Below the pieces are notes generated by a model. It saw nothing but the letters and a program-made list of their open reading frames with translations. It made no database searches and was not told where the DNA came from. Made by a program: the position numbers and the translations under genes. 64,000 nt of DNA from a bacterium (GTDB lineage Bacteria > Electryoneota > Electryoneia > Electryoneales > Electryoneaceae), in contig OY769902.1 of assembly GCA_963669175.1 (NCBI GenBank), positions 2,144,001 through 2,208,000 of the forward strand, given 5' to 3'. Positions 1 through 11,014 of the stretch are shown here, in pieces. Each line of letters opens with the position of its first letter. The stretch's first letter is position 1.

Positions 1-35
1 AAAATTTCTCCGGTTTAAACACCCCGGCTAAAGCA

Positions 36-433
36 CTGTCTCTTGCTCACATCTTCGTGTTTCTGCCACCCCAGAGGGGGGGGGGTATATTTTAGCGTAG
101 GGTTGACGCTGTCTGTTTAGCGTCTACCCTACGAAAAAGATCAAACCTTATCTCAACCCTGGAAGGGTTGCATAACGTATAATTTACACCCAATTGGTTT
201 GTATAGAATATAAAATGCGTTATTTCCTGTATTTATTGAACGTACTAATATGAATCGCGTATTATGCAACCCTTCAAGGGTTGATTATTCGTTAGAATAC
301 CTGACATAGTGTACAGGCCAAACAGACGGCCTGTACACTATGCTAAAATAGGGAATCCCGCCGGGATTCTAAAAATGCTATGTCCACAACTCTTTTACTG
401 ATACAGCTTTCAGAAGATGTGGGTAAGAGACAG
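36..433. mobile_element. MITE-like element with Tn5/IS50-like 19-bp terminal inverted repeats enclosing REP-type hairpins (copy 1)
   Basis: Ends CTGTCTCTTGCTCACATCT (36-54) and reverse complement CTGTCTCTTACCCACATCT (415-433); internal palindromes; diverged inverted second copy at 61769-62164; no ORF. Confidence 0.75.
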
Positions 434-733
434 GGCTTTAGCCGGGTGCTAAAAAGAGCAGGCTAAAGCCTGCTAAAATAATAAGATAGCAAATCCTGAT
501 AAAGTGCAGTATAATAAAAGTGCAATACAATACCAGTACAATAACTCTTTTTGATATTTGTTATAGTGGGCATTATTTCTGTCACACGGGACTTTGAAAC
601 CGTAAAAGCTTTCAAGAATGGTTGTCATAGGAAATGGTTCTTTCTCCAACGACAAGAAAAGCGGGACAGCCCCTCAACTTCCGCTATGCTTTGGAACAAT
701 GCGGGGCAGTTCCTGCTTTTCGTTTCACCACAA

Positions 734-1918
734 TCATTCATAGTGCAAAGCCGCCGCCGGTTGAATGCGTGAAGCCATCCAGGCCGGGTACATGCCGCTG
801 AGTACCGCCAAGCCGACCATGATCAGCATGGATACAAGCAGCGAAGGAATGACATTGCCCCATGACAGGATCGGGAACATGCCGACCAACGGTATCTGGA
901 GAATTAGAAGTATGCCCAGCGCCATGCCGATAGTTGTCAGAAGGATGATTTCCGTGATAATCTGCTTGTATACACTGGTGCGTGGGCTGCCAAGCGCTCG
1001 ACGCAATCCGATTTCTTCAGTCCGCCTGGTCACAGATTGCCAGAATACACCGATCAGACCGAGAACCACCATAATCAGCAGGAATCCACCGATAAGCGCT
1101 GCAATCACAATCCCGACCAGGACAGATTTGAGACCGTTTTTGCGCACATTGTCCAGTGAGTTGATCGTCACGGTCACTTCAGCGCCCATGTGATGTTGCA
1201 CCACGCTTGTCAATGTCTGCTCCATGCTGGCCGGTGTGCCTGGGGCAACTCGTACTGCCAGTTGACGGATTGACTCATCTGTTTTCACTTCGAGAGGAGT
1301 AAAATAAATGACACTTGGGCTCGGTTTGCTGAACTGGCCACGGTGGCGGAATTCCCTGACGACACCGACAATACGTTTATCATCGTCACCGTCCAGACGT
1401 TTCCCGACGGGGGATTCGGTGCCAAACAACTCAACCGCTGCCGCCTGGTTAACGATTATCGGCTCCCATTCCAGCGTCAGATCGTCCTCGCTGAACCAGC
1501 GTCCATCAACCAGCTCAAGCTTATAGAGATCCTGGCCCTCAAGAGAAAGGCGTGTGGCATTGATCTCGATCTCTTTTTTGTTGTACTCAAGGCTGCTGGT
1601 CCACCACGCCATGCCAAAGGGAAGCGGCTGTGAAATAGATACCGCCTCCACTTCCGGGAGGGTGCGTAGTTCCCGGACCATGCTTACCAGGTTATTGTGC
1701 ATCTCCTGGTCCCATTCCTGGGTCCAGTTGGCTTCATTCATTCCCACGCAATAAATGTTCTGATAATCAAAACCCAGCGGTTGAAAGTAGCGCTGCCCGT
1801 ATATTACAGACATGGCAATAACGGTAAACAGCACCAGGAACGCGATAAAAATCTCGCCGATGAGCAACATGCTTCCACGTTTACGGCTCCAGACAAGTTT
1901 CAGTGCATGACGAATCAT
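734..1918 (-). CDS. ABC transporter permease, MacB/FtsX family
   Basis: MacB-like periplasmic domain and C-terminal 'RTEEIGLRRALG...PAAAL' FtsX motif; start reassigned to ATG 1918 (ATGA overlap with upstream stop). Confidence 0.9.
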   Translation of the reverse strand: MIRHALKLVWSRKRGSMLLIGEIFIAFLVLFTVIAMSVIYGQRYFQPLGFDYQNIYCVGMNEANWTQEWDQEMHNNLVSMVRELRTLPEVEAVSISQPLPFGMAWWTSSLEYNKKEIEINATRLSLEGQDLYKLELVDGRWFSEDDLTLEWEPIIVNQAAAVELFGTESPVGKRLDGDDDKRIVGVVREFRHRGQFSKPSPSVIYFTPLEVKTDESIRQLAVRVAPGTPASMEQTLTSVVQHHMGAEVTVTINSLDNVRKNGLKSVLVGIVIAALIGGFLLIMVVLGLIGVFWQSVTRRTEEIGLRRALGSPRTSVYKQIITEIILLTTIGMALGILLILQIPLVGMFPILSWGNVIPSLLVSMLIMVGLAVLSGMYPAWMASRIQPAAALHYE

Positions 1919-3180
1919 GATATACCTCCACGCAAGGCGTCCACAGGTTTCATCCGGCTCATTTTCCAGGCGGGATATACACCGGATACCAGGCCGAAGA
2001 AGAGCGTCATCAGGATCGCCAGCGAATAAATACGCCAGTTCAGGGTAAAGGTGGCATAGGGAATCCACCCGGTGAAGGAAATGAAACCCAGAATACCATA
2101 AGCAACCAGTATTCCCAGGATACCGCCCGCCAGTGTCAACAGCAGGTTTTCAACGATAAACTGGCCTACCAGGGTGGTCGAGGGAGCGCCAAAGGATTTG
2201 CGGATTCCGATCTCGCTGGCGCGTTCCATGATTCGGCTGACGTTCAGGTTTACCATGTTCATCGCCGGTAGGATCATGAACATCACCATCACAAAGACAA
2301 AGAAGCCAATCACCTTTTCCGTATGGAATTTCGTACCCTTGCCACCGCTGCCGAAAAACAGCCGGGATGCTTGCTCCAGCAGTGTTTCCGGAATCGCGGC
2401 GATGTGGTTGAAATTGCCGTATTCAGACAAATCAATCTGCTCGATCCGGTGTAGGAATTCTTCACGAATCATGGGGAATTTGGACTTGTTCTGCGCGACA
2501 ACGATCCCGGTACACATCCCCGCCAGACGTTTTGTTTTGTTGTACTCGGGATCAAGGGTTAACGGCATGTAGATATCTGAGAAGGATACCTGGCGGACGA
2601 AGGGGACATTCTCCACCACGCCAATCACACGGTATTTCACCCCATCGATCTCAATATCACGTCCCGCCGCCGGGCTATCTCCGAAATACTTCTCCCGGGT
2701 CGCATCATTGATCACACACACATGATCCGCGTTCGTTACTTCATCCATCGTATAGGGACGCCCCTCCAGGAACTCGAACCGGATGGCATCCCAGAAATAC
2801 TGATCCGTGTATTTCAAAAATGAAGAGATCTTCTTCGATCCGACATAGGACTGAACCCGCCAGGCCGATTTGGTAATGGCTGCCGTTTCAGCGCCCGGAA
2901 GATCGTACAGGGTTTCCTGCAACAGGTTCAGACCGGCAAGGCCGGAAGTGGATGAACTGACAGAGCCGTCCTCGTTTTCCAGCCAAAGGTTCACACGCAT
3001 GACCAGCAGTGTACGGTCATGGTTCACTTCCGGCGGAGTTGGCCCGAATACATGATCCAGCATGGCCACGCCAGCCATCAGGATTGCCAGGGTGAAGGTT
3101 ATCCCGAACAGGTTCACAAAGGTGAAAAACCGTCTTCGGTTGAACACCGCCCAGGCTATTTTCAAGTAGTTCAAGAACAT
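1915..3180 (-). CDS. ABC transporter permease, MacB/FtsX family
   Basis: 'RASEIGIRKSFGA...PVDAL' motif; AGGAGG RBS ahead of ATG 3180. Confidence 0.9.
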   Translation of the reverse strand: MFLNYLKIAWAVFNRRRFFTFVNLFGITFTLAILMAGVAMLDHVFGPTPPEVNHDRTLLVMRVNLWLENEDGSVSSSTSGLAGLNLLQETLYDLPGAETAAITKSAWRVQSYVGSKKISSFLKYTDQYFWDAIRFEFLEGRPYTMDEVTNADHVCVINDATREKYFGDSPAAGRDIEIDGVKYRVIGVVENVPFVRQVSFSDIYMPLTLDPEYNKTKRLAGMCTGIVVAQNKSKFPMIREEFLHRIEQIDLSEYGNFNHIAAIPETLLEQASRLFFGSGGKGTKFHTEKVIGFFVFVMVMFMILPAMNMVNLNVSRIMERASEIGIRKSFGAPSTTLVGQFIVENLLLTLAGGILGILVAYGILGFISFTGWIPYATFTLNWRIYSLAILMTLFFGLVSGVYPAWKMSRMKPVDALRGGIS

Positions 3181-3209
3181 AAAGCCTCCTAAACGCTTTT
3201 TCAATCAGT

Positions 3210-3336
3210 GCTGTCAGGTCACACGCGCGGAAAAGCATGCGCGCAAGACCTGACAGAACTTGAAGTCACACGCGCGAAACGTGCTGTTCTTCGTTGTGTC
3301 AGGTCTTGGCACGCGAAGCGGGTTGTGACCTGACAC
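3210..3336. repeat. REP-like palindrome cluster (TGTCAGGTC...GACCTGACA family)
   Basis: Two inverted pairs of tgtcaggtc/gacctgaca; related copies at 15587-15840. Confidence 0.6.
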
Positions 3337-3385
3337 TTGCAGATATAACAAGAAAGAATCCTTGCCTTTATAATAAGAACGCCTC

Positions 3386-4051
3386 CTAATTCACCTGGCG
3401 ACCATCGAACAGACGGACGGTGCGTGCGGTTTTCTCGGCCAGACGTGCATCGTGCGTGACCATGACAATCGTCGTCTTCTCTTCTTCATTCAACTTCAGC
3501 AGGATATCCATGATCTCGTTACCCATCTGGCTGTCCAGGTTTCCGGTGGGCTCATCGGCGAGCAGCATGGTTGGATTCCCCGCGATGGCGCGCGCCACAG
3601 CCACTCGCTGCTGCTGACCGCCGGAAAGCTGAGATGGCCGATGATGCACACGTCCTCCCAGGCCGACACGCTCCAGCGCGAGCAGGCATCGTTCACGTCG
3701 TTGTTTCCCCGGCATCTTCCGGTAGAGAAGAGGGATTTCGACATTATCCAGCACACTGATATCATTGATCAGGTGGAATTGCTGGAAGATGAAGCCGATG
3801 TGTTCGTTGCGGAACATGGCCAGTTTACGGTCGCCGCTGGTTTTTAGATCGTTGCCGTTAAATCGGATGGCGCCATCTGAAGGGATATCAAGCAGTCCCA
3901 TCAGGTTCAGCAGGGTGCTTTTCCCGCAGCCGGACGGGCCCATGATCGAGATAAACTCACCATCCCCGACCTGCATGTTGATCCCGGACAGGGCGAGGGT
4001 TTCAATCCTGTCCGTGCGGTATACCTTTTCTACATTTTCCAATTCAATCAT
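3386..4051 (-). CDS. ABC transporter ATP-binding protein (LolD/MacB-like)
   Basis: Walker A GPSGCGKS, signature LSGGQQQR, Walker B LLADEPT, H-loop VTHD. Confidence 0.95.
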   Translation of the reverse strand: MIELENVEKVYRTDRIETLALSGINMQVGDGEFISIMGPSGCGKSTLLNLMGLLDIPSDGAIRFNGNDLKTSGDRKLAMFRNEHIGFIFQQFHLINDISVLDNVEIPLLYRKMPGKQRRERCLLALERVGLGGRVHHRPSQLSGGQQQRVAVARAIAGNPTMLLADEPTGNLDSQMGNEIMDILLKLNEEEKTTIVMVTHDARLAEKTARTVRLFDGRQVN

Positions 4052-4090
4052 GGTTTACTCCACTATGTTTCGGCTCTTTTTGGCTGTGTC

Positions 4091-5335
4091 TCAATGCACC
4101 TTGATGGTAGCCAGGTGCTCATGGTCCCGCATGCTGGAAACGATGATGCGGTCGCCTTCCTGCAACCCGCTTGTGATTTCGTAGTAGTCCATTCCAAGCA
4201 GGCCTAGTTCTGCGTTCACACGATCCGCCCGGTCACCGTGGATCACGAATACCTTTTGCGGGCCGGAACCGTTGGCAAACGGTCCCTTGGCGACACGCAG
4301 TGCGTCTGGCTTGTTCTCGAGAATGACATACGCATCAACACGCATGTTCGATCTCAAGGCAGAATGATTCGGATTGTCCAAGGCGACAATCAGTGTCATA
4401 CGTCCCTCTTCAATCGCAGGCGGGATACTGGCTACGGTTCCGGATAACCTCGTGTCGCCGCACAGCACCCGCACCGCCTGTCCGACCGTGACTTTCCCTG
4501 TATGGATGTCGGAGAGTGTTGCTTCCACACGGAAACGGGTCAGGTCGGATATCCGCGCCAGAATTTCACCTTCACGTACACTCGTACCGGCTTCGGAAAC
4601 GATGGAGGTCAATACTCCCGCCTGGGCTGCCGTGACACTGGCGGCGGAACGATCCAGCTCGGCTTGCCTTAATTGCTGTTGCAGCAGGCGGATTTCAATT
4701 TCCAATCCTTCAATCTGCTTGTAGATGGTCTCGCGTTGCTGATCCAGTGATTCCCGTTTTTTCTTCAGGTCAATCCGTGAGATGTTTTCATCCAGCTCCG
4801 CCTGGCGGACATTCCAGACCGTAGCCGCGCTCATGTCAAACAGTTGCTTCTGTTGAGCGGTCTTGGCCGCCTGGTACTCGAGACGCAACTCCAACGCTTC
4901 GATATCGTTTTGTGCTTCTGTAATCTGGCGTGACAGTTCCAATTCAAGCTGCTCGGCATGGTTGCGTTTCAGCGCGATTTCATCGGTGAGACGCTGGATA
5001 GTCTCGTCGATCTCGCTGTCGTCCAGTTGCAGCAGAATCTGCCCCGCAATGAGGTTCGCGCCGGGTTGCTCGAGAACTTGCTGCACACGTGTGTCGAACG
5101 GGCATGAGATCACATGTTCGTATTCGGGCACCACGATTCCCGTTGCGACCAGCACGGCTTCGACCGGACCACGTTCCACAACAGCCGTCCGCACATTCGC
5201 CAGCTTGATCCCCGGGCTCAACAAGGCGCGTGTGATCACAACCGCAAGGATCATCCCCGCGATAATCGCCAGCGTAATGCCCGCCTGCTTCAGCCTGCGA
5301 GTCCTGATCGTTTTTTCGTTGAGTGGTCGGTCCAT
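4091..5335 (-). CDS. Efflux periplasmic adaptor (MacA/HlyD family)
   Basis: N-terminal TM segment, long coiled coil, lipoyl-like halves; first gene of the ABC operon; start probably MDRPL at 5335. Confidence 0.85.
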   Translation of the reverse strand: MDRPLNEKTIRTRRLKQAGITLAIIAGMILAVVITRALLSPGIKLANVRTAVVERGPVEAVLVATGIVVPEYEHVISCPFDTRVQQVLEQPGANLIAGQILLQLDDSEIDETIQRLTDEIALKRNHAEQLELELSRQITEAQNDIEALELRLEYQAAKTAQQKQLFDMSAATVWNVRQAELDENISRIDLKKKRESLDQQRETIYKQIEGLEIEIRLLQQQLRQAELDRSAASVTAAQAGVLTSIVSEAGTSVREGEILARISDLTRFRVEATLSDIHTGKVTVGQAVRVLCGDTRLSGTVASIPPAIEEGRMTLIVALDNPNHSALRSNMRVDAYVILENKPDALRVAKGPFANGSGPQKVFVIHGDRADRVNAELGLLGMDYYEITSGLQEGDRIIVSSMRDHEHLATIKVH

Positions 5336-5873
5336 GTGGGGTAGAATGGCAAAGCGCAGGCCAAACATTGTGGTTGATAAAACAAGAGGTTAGGTCCGTG
5401 GTCTATGGTGCGGTTGTTCGATATCGAACAATGGCGTGCGGATGCGGGCGAAGGGAGGTACCTCGAAATCGGTTTGCCCTGACGCGTGCACCGAGGCGTG
5501 CTGTTTGCTGTAGGATTTCGCTTTCAATGTTATCCTCGCCTTACGAAGGCTAATATCTACCTGAATATCGAGAATAATAGTCCAACGTGTTCTTTTCCAC
5601 AATCGCTTTTAAAGAATATATTTGCTGATTATTTCATTGTTTCAGTTGAACAGCTTGAAGTATGGTTTAATGATAAGTTAAAGGGTTAAATCTCCAAGAG
5701 TATCATTGTGTTTTTTTATGTTTCTGTTTTTTTGGACTTATATCATAAATGCTAAATAAAGCTTATTGTAGTACTTGATTATTAATCAGTATAAGACGTA
5801 GTTTAATATCATAAGTAAAATTTGATTCTCCATAACGAAAACAGATTTTTATTGATAATTCCAGGAGTGTTTT

Positions 5874-8114
5874 ATGCCGATCCCTACCTCCAAAACAATC
5901 AGGGTGTTTTTGTTCCTCCTTTTCTCATTCATTCTGATCTCCCATGCAACAATAGAACCGATATATGCTCAGGAAGATTCGGTAATTGTGCGTTCGATCC
6001 GTGAAGTCGGTCCTTTCGGAGCAGAAGCATCACCCTATATTGGAGGCGTAAGATTTATATTTGGGAACTATTTAGTACTCGACCAGTCAGTTCCAGTGCC
6101 TTTCATTTACGATTTGGGGATACCTTTATTCTTTAATCATAGAACGTCAGAATATGTTGATGCAGGTCTATTCTATGGTCATAACAGATTGTTTCCACCA
6201 GGCTCGATGTACGAGGTATTTGAACATAGGGTAGACTATTGGCTTGAACCGGGCGAACCTCCAACACCGATGGTAGGCTACTACTTTGCGGGAGTAAGAA
6301 ACGCATGTTTTGACGAGCGTTGGTACGGCAACCTTACTTGCAAACAAGGGATCAGTGAACTTCCAATCATGTACGATATACCAATTGTGATCGAGTGGGC
6401 ATTTCCATATCCAAGTTATTTACCACGTTCAACTGAATATCTTTGGAGTAACTTATATCAATCAGATTGGTTTTGGCTATATATTACAAAACCATCTTGG
6501 GTTGATTCTTTAGGTAGCTTCCCCGAAATGAACGCGCCATTGGAATTCCTGACGCAAAATGATTGGGAAGATTGGCTTCCAACAGCAGATTTAGGGCAGG
6601 ACAAACCTATCTATCAAACACTTCCTTTACGGTTTCGATTTCGATGCCCTGAAGGTACGGGATGGTCGTGGGATATGCGGGTGAGATTGTATGAAATCTC
6701 GGCTTATCCTGGATATGCAATAAATTATCGAGGTGCGACAGATTCTGACAATTTGGATAATGGCACCATTTGGGAGGATGCCAGTAAACCGTGCTCAGCT
6801 GATTCTGTGGCGGATATCAGGATAGTTATTGAAGACCAAATAACACCAAACCTATGGGATATAAGTTTTAATACTGAAGACGATGAAAACGGCGAGCTAA
6901 TTGGATACTATGAAGCATCATACACTAATATACTTCATCATAATGACACATTTACAATCGTTGTAACGCCCGATGATTTCTCGGCAAAATCGAATTTCTC
7001 TGTAGAAATAACACCGCATGGCCGTGAGAGTTGGTTTCCTATCTTAAAGCGAAACTTGAAAGATGAAGATGGAGATGATATTATTGTCCCCTTCATTACT
7101 GTTCCTCGAGATGAGGAGGTTTCTTATCAGGACGGCAAAAATGGTCAGCCAGAATTATCTTCTGTTGGTGATCGTTTGGCAGACGCTTGGGAAGAACATT
7201 TTCTGGAAAATACTACAAGCACAAGTGACTCCTTCTGTTATACCAAAATATATCAATGTAAACCATTCAATGATGATAGTGGTGAAGATCGAACATTCTA
7301 TCCTCAGTATACAAGTACCGAAATTAGAAAAGCGGGTGATGGGCTGCTCAATTTTGAAAAATATCGAGGTGTATTTGGTGTAATCGATGGTAATGGCGAT
7401 TTTGTTCATTGTCGATTGCCTACTGCATTGCGGAATGTATTTGTTATACCCTATGTGGCAGAAGAAGAGAACCCAATACCACCTGAATATTTAAGAGATG
7501 ACATGATAACAGATTTTAATATGTTGGAAGAATCATCATCAGTAATAGTACATGAGTTGAAAAGTAATGATTTAATTGATACAATATTGGTGTCAGAGCA
7601 AACAATTTATACAAAGCCAAGTTCATGGATGATTCGTGCTATACGAAGTGAATATAATACACAAAAACAACTAAACTATTTAATAAATGGGTATGATGAT
7701 TATAATCAAGTTTATTCAACTTATTGCGTGCAATATAATGAGATGCCAGAAGCTATAGCGGACGCATTTAGGGCACATAATCCTGATATTGATATCCTAG
7801 GAGGATTTACGGCTGAAGCAAATGGTGACGGTCCATTGAGTCCACAAACTGTTGATGTGTGTTATACATTTTTTGAAAATATATACGATTCAACAATGGT
7901 TGCAAGTTTGATTAAAGCAAGGCAACGTGTTGCTTTTGCACACGAGTTAGGGCATTTTGTTGGGATGCATCACACACCGTATTTAACATTGCATAGATCC
8001 ATTATGAACGAGGAATTACCTTGGAATTATACAACACTTTCTGAAGTATACTTAATGCGTGATTATCGCTCTTTTAGGTTGCTGCCAATTTATTGTGCTG
8101 AAGATGATAGGTAA
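5874..8114 (+). CDS. Secreted protein with C-terminal metzincin-type zinc protease motif
   Basis: Signal peptide; HELGHFVGMHH (HExxHxxGxxH) followed by Met-turn-like 'SIMN'; AT-rich. Confidence 0.75.
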   Translation: MPIPTSKTIRVFLFLLFSFILISHATIEPIYAQEDSVIVRSIREVGPFGAEASPYIGGVRFIFGNYLVLDQSVPVPFIYDLGIPLFFNHRTSEYVDAGLFYGHNRLFPPGSMYEVFEHRVDYWLEPGEPPTPMVGYYFAGVRNACFDERWYGNLTCKQGISELPIMYDIPIVIEWAFPYPSYLPRSTEYLWSNLYQSDWFWLYITKPSWVDSLGSFPEMNAPLEFLTQNDWEDWLPTADLGQDKPIYQTLPLRFRFRCPEGTGWSWDMRVRLYEISAYPGYAINYRGATDSDNLDNGTIWEDASKPCSADSVADIRIVIEDQITPNLWDISFNTEDDENGELIGYYEASYTNILHHNDTFTIVVTPDDFSAKSNFSVEITPHGRESWFPILKRNLKDEDGDDIIVPFITVPRDEEVSYQDGKNGQPELSSVGDRLADAWEEHFLENTTSTSDSFCYTKIYQCKPFNDDSGEDRTFYPQYTSTEIRKAGDGLLNFEKYRGVFGVIDGNGDFVHCRLPTALRNVFVIPYVAEEENPIPPEYLRDDMITDFNMLEESSSVIVHELKSNDLIDTILVSEQTIYTKPSSWMIRAIRSEYNTQKQLNYLINGYDDYNQVYSTYCVQYNEMPEAIADAFRAHNPDIDILGGFTAEANGDGPLSPQTVDVCYTFFENIYDSTMVASLIKARQRVAFAHELGHFVGMHHTPYLTLHRSIMNEELPWNYTTLSEVYLMRDYRSFRLLPIYCAEDDR

Positions 8115-8137
8115 GATTAAAAGATAAGGAGAATAGC

Positions 8138-9085
8138 ATGAATGTATTAATACGGGTACTACGCCCAGCTTTTGTTTTATTGCTTGGTCTTACTGTAGTG
8201 GTCTTTTTTGCTCAGCAGTTATCAGCTGAGCAACCATGGCCTAAGGAATGGGTGTGGACTAGTAGCGGTATTCTTCCACAATCTTATAAAATGCGGACAC
8301 CAGGATATGAAATTCCGAGGATGCGAGAATATATGATTGAACGGTATGGCGCATTTCCTGATGTTGTCTTCTGGGAACCGGATAGTGGTGGCGTAAATAT
8401 CGCTGTAAGCGGTGTTATGCTGAAATGTGGCAACAAGCGTATCTATCAGAGTGGCATGTGGCCATCACCTGATATAACCTATAAAACAATGAAAGATAAT
8501 TTTTTCTGGTGGATGAAGAACGTAGAAACCGGTGATACGCTGGTTTCGCCGATTGTCGGATTGCCGGATACGATGAGAATTGCACAGTACTTCAATCGGG
8601 ATTACATGATAAAATTCAGCCGGTCAGTTCCAGGGTATCTGTTTCCGCTTCCCAAAGATACTTCAGTTTATGAATGTAGGATTTTGATTTCCAGTGAACC
8701 AGAAAAGCCTGGCACAGCAGTTTATATTAGTAAAGAACCGCTATATTGCCTTTATAGTCCAATAGAAACAGCCTTTGATTCACTATTTTGGTATCAATAT
8801 GCCAATGAGTCTGATAATGTACCTTATACGAAAAGAATGATAGATATATTTCCTACTTATTCTGCTCTCTATTTTAAACGATATTCACAATTAGCTGATA
8901 CGGATTCTCTTAATGAACTTATAAATATATCAAGAGAAATATTATTCCTGGAACAAACTCATCTTAATAAAGAATGGGAGATAAATACGTTTAGTGAACG
9001 CTTTCATTATGAACTATGTACAAAAAGTTTCTATAATCTACGAATGGCTTTGGAAGCAAAAGCTGAAAGTTTACAGAACAAGTAG
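8138..9085 (+). CDS. Secreted hypothetical protein
   Basis: 315-aa ORF, AAGGAG RBS, signal peptide, 23 bp downstream of the protease gene. Confidence 0.75.
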   Translation: MNVLIRVLRPAFVLLLGLTVVVFFAQQLSAEQPWPKEWVWTSSGILPQSYKMRTPGYEIPRMREYMIERYGAFPDVVFWEPDSGGVNIAVSGVMLKCGNKRIYQSGMWPSPDITYKTMKDNFFWWMKNVETGDTLVSPIVGLPDTMRIAQYFNRDYMIKFSRSVPGYLFPLPKDTSVYECRILISSEPEKPGTAVYISKEPLYCLYSPIETAFDSLFWYQYANESDNVPYTKRMIDIFPTYSALYFKRYSQLADTDSLNELINISREILFLEQTHLNKEWEINTFSERFHYELCTKSFYNLRMALEAKAESLQNK

Positions 9086-9119
9086 GATTTGCCATAATTG
9101 GTTTGTTTTGGAGGATATC

Positions 9120-10307
9120 ATGCGTTATCGTTATTTCATGATGCTATTGCTTCTCCTGCTTTTAGCACCAGTTGCTTTTACCCAGACTTACTCGCTTCAA
9201 AAAGATACATGCGCCTATGGTTTATCAGGACTTGACCAGATCCCGTTTTACCAGACGGACAGCATGACGATTCACGGCATTGACGTACCGCCGTTGGTTA
9301 CTCCTGATTGGAGCCGTATTCTGGATGCCGCGAGCAATCGTCATGTAATTGTGATTTTTGACTATTACAATCGTTCGCTTGATGCTTGGTTTGTCCAGGA
9401 TTCCATTCCTGGAGTGGGGATTCTGCAAGGGGCAGACCGGATTCGCTTTACCGAGAACGACCTGCTGTTTGGGACAACACAATTGTTACCGCCTCTGCTT
9501 CCAGCACAAAATGACAGGACTGATACGTTGCGTTCTTCCATTGTCTGCCTGGACCGTTCGTTTAATTGCTTGAGGTATTACAGTTTCGAGTGGTCGTCTT
9601 TTTCTGTTGTAGAAGACAGTACAACAGAACTGGGCTGGTACGGCGGACAATATGGGCCTGCGGTGTATTGCGAAGGGGATACGGCAGGGAATGCGGAATG
9701 CTATTTATTCTTCAAGCCCACAGCCAATTCCTGGCGCTTTTTCGGAGAAGACAGTACCCTGATGTCTGAATACACGCTTTATAACCATACGGGATTTTAT
9801 CATTACGCTGCTGGAGCTGCAGTCCCTGTAGCTGATAGTGCAGGCACCCTTCAATTCATTATGCTGCATCCAAGAACTGCTTGGCTAAATCGATTCCATA
9901 TCGGGTACAACATGAAACTGTTCTACACAGATACCAATGAGCCTGACCGGCCAACCTTACTTGCCACGTATCCGATGGATGATTGGCCCACAGAAGTAAC
10001 AGATACGACTGATAGCAGAGATTATTATCGTTATCCTCAAATGATGTGGCCGCCTCTCGAGGTGGACCGTTTGGGACAACTCTGGTTTGCGCCACCTGCA
10101 CCGGAAACGATTTTCGTGATACCAGAGGCTCATTTTCCTGATCGGGATCGTGGTAATGCACCTGCTCCAACACATCAGGAATTGACTATTCCTACATCTT
10201 TTCCGAATGGCACAGCAAATGTGTTGTTCATCGACGGCACGCGTTCCGGGCAGGTTACGCTACTGATGAGTGGCGGAATTGAGACGTTTCAGGTAGTGGT
10301 GTATTAG
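9120..10307 (+). CDS. Secreted hypothetical protein (possibly beta-propeller)
   Basis: GGAGG RBS before ATG 9120; signal peptide MRYRYFMMLLLLLLLAPVAFT. Confidence 0.7.
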   Translation: MRYRYFMMLLLLLLLAPVAFTQTYSLQKDTCAYGLSGLDQIPFYQTDSMTIHGIDVPPLVTPDWSRILDAASNRHVIVIFDYYNRSLDAWFVQDSIPGVGILQGADRIRFTENDLLFGTTQLLPPLLPAQNDRTDTLRSSIVCLDRSFNCLRYYSFEWSSFSVVEDSTTELGWYGGQYGPAVYCEGDTAGNAECYLFFKPTANSWRFFGEDSTLMSEYTLYNHTGFYHYAAGAAVPVADSAGTLQFIMLHPRTAWLNRFHIGYNMKLFYTDTNEPDRPTLLATYPMDDWPTEVTDTTDSRDYYRYPQMMWPPLEVDRLGQLWFAPPAPETIFVIPEAHFPDRDRGNAPAPTHQELTIPTSFPNGTANVLFIDGTRSGQVTLLMSGGIETFQVVVY

Positions 10308-10391
10308 TCGGACAAAGCATATTGGATTGGACAAATATCTGAATATCGAGTACCTGCGCGAAAAACAGGTATACTAACTATTTGAATAATT

Positions 10392-10870
10392 TAGAATAAA
10401 CCCCGCCGGACAGCCGCCTTCGCAAGCTGCGGCGACTTCAAGCCGGCGGGGCCAAGTTGTCAATGGTCGTTTGGCCTGACTCCTCGCGCAGGCGGGGATC
10501 AACTGTCGGGAATTGATCATGAATTGTTATCTCTACCCTGAACTACATGTGGACTAATTCCTTGAACCATGTAGAATAAACCTCGCCGGACAGCCGTCTT
10601 CGCAAGCTACGGCGTCTTCAAGCCGACGGGGCCAAGTGGTTTGATTTTACTCCGAAGGAGTTGGATAAGCGAGCCCAGGGTTGGCATCGTCAGTTTGATG
10701 CCAACCCTGGGTTCGCGGTGAAAAGAAGTTCAACTCTGAAGGAGTTGGATAGAGGTTGGACAGAATGATGACTCAGGAAACTTCTATCCAACTCCTTCGG
10801 AGTAGGGATTTTTATTGGATTTTACCCCGGGTGCGTGCCAAACAGACGGCACGTACCCGGGGCTCGCTTA
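10392..10870. repeat. REP/BIME-like palindrome cluster
   Basis: Two ~53-bp CCCCGCCGG...CCGGCGGGGCC hairpins (10401-10453, 10581-10633) plus CTCCGAAGGAG/CTCCTTCGGAG and CCCAGGGTTGGCATC...GATGCCAACCCTGGG palindromes. Confidence 0.75.
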
Positions 10871-11014
10871 TTCTATCCCTGCATACTTGACATATGTCAA
10901 GTACTGCGGGATAGTCAGACACACGAAGATGTGAGCAAGAAACAGGGCTTGAATGGGGGTGGGGAGAATCTGCCCTTTAAGACCATACTGTTTGGTAGCC
11001 TGATGCTGCACTCG

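Noticed and set aside
36-54. Nextera/Tn5 adapter contamination
   Set aside because: All four ends differ from the mosaic end by 2 or more nt and bound the same ~400-bp element in two diverged copies, which fits a genomic MITE
10401-10633. Integron attC sites
   Set aside because: No RYYYAAC/GTTRRRY boundaries, no cassette ORFs between copies, and no IntI
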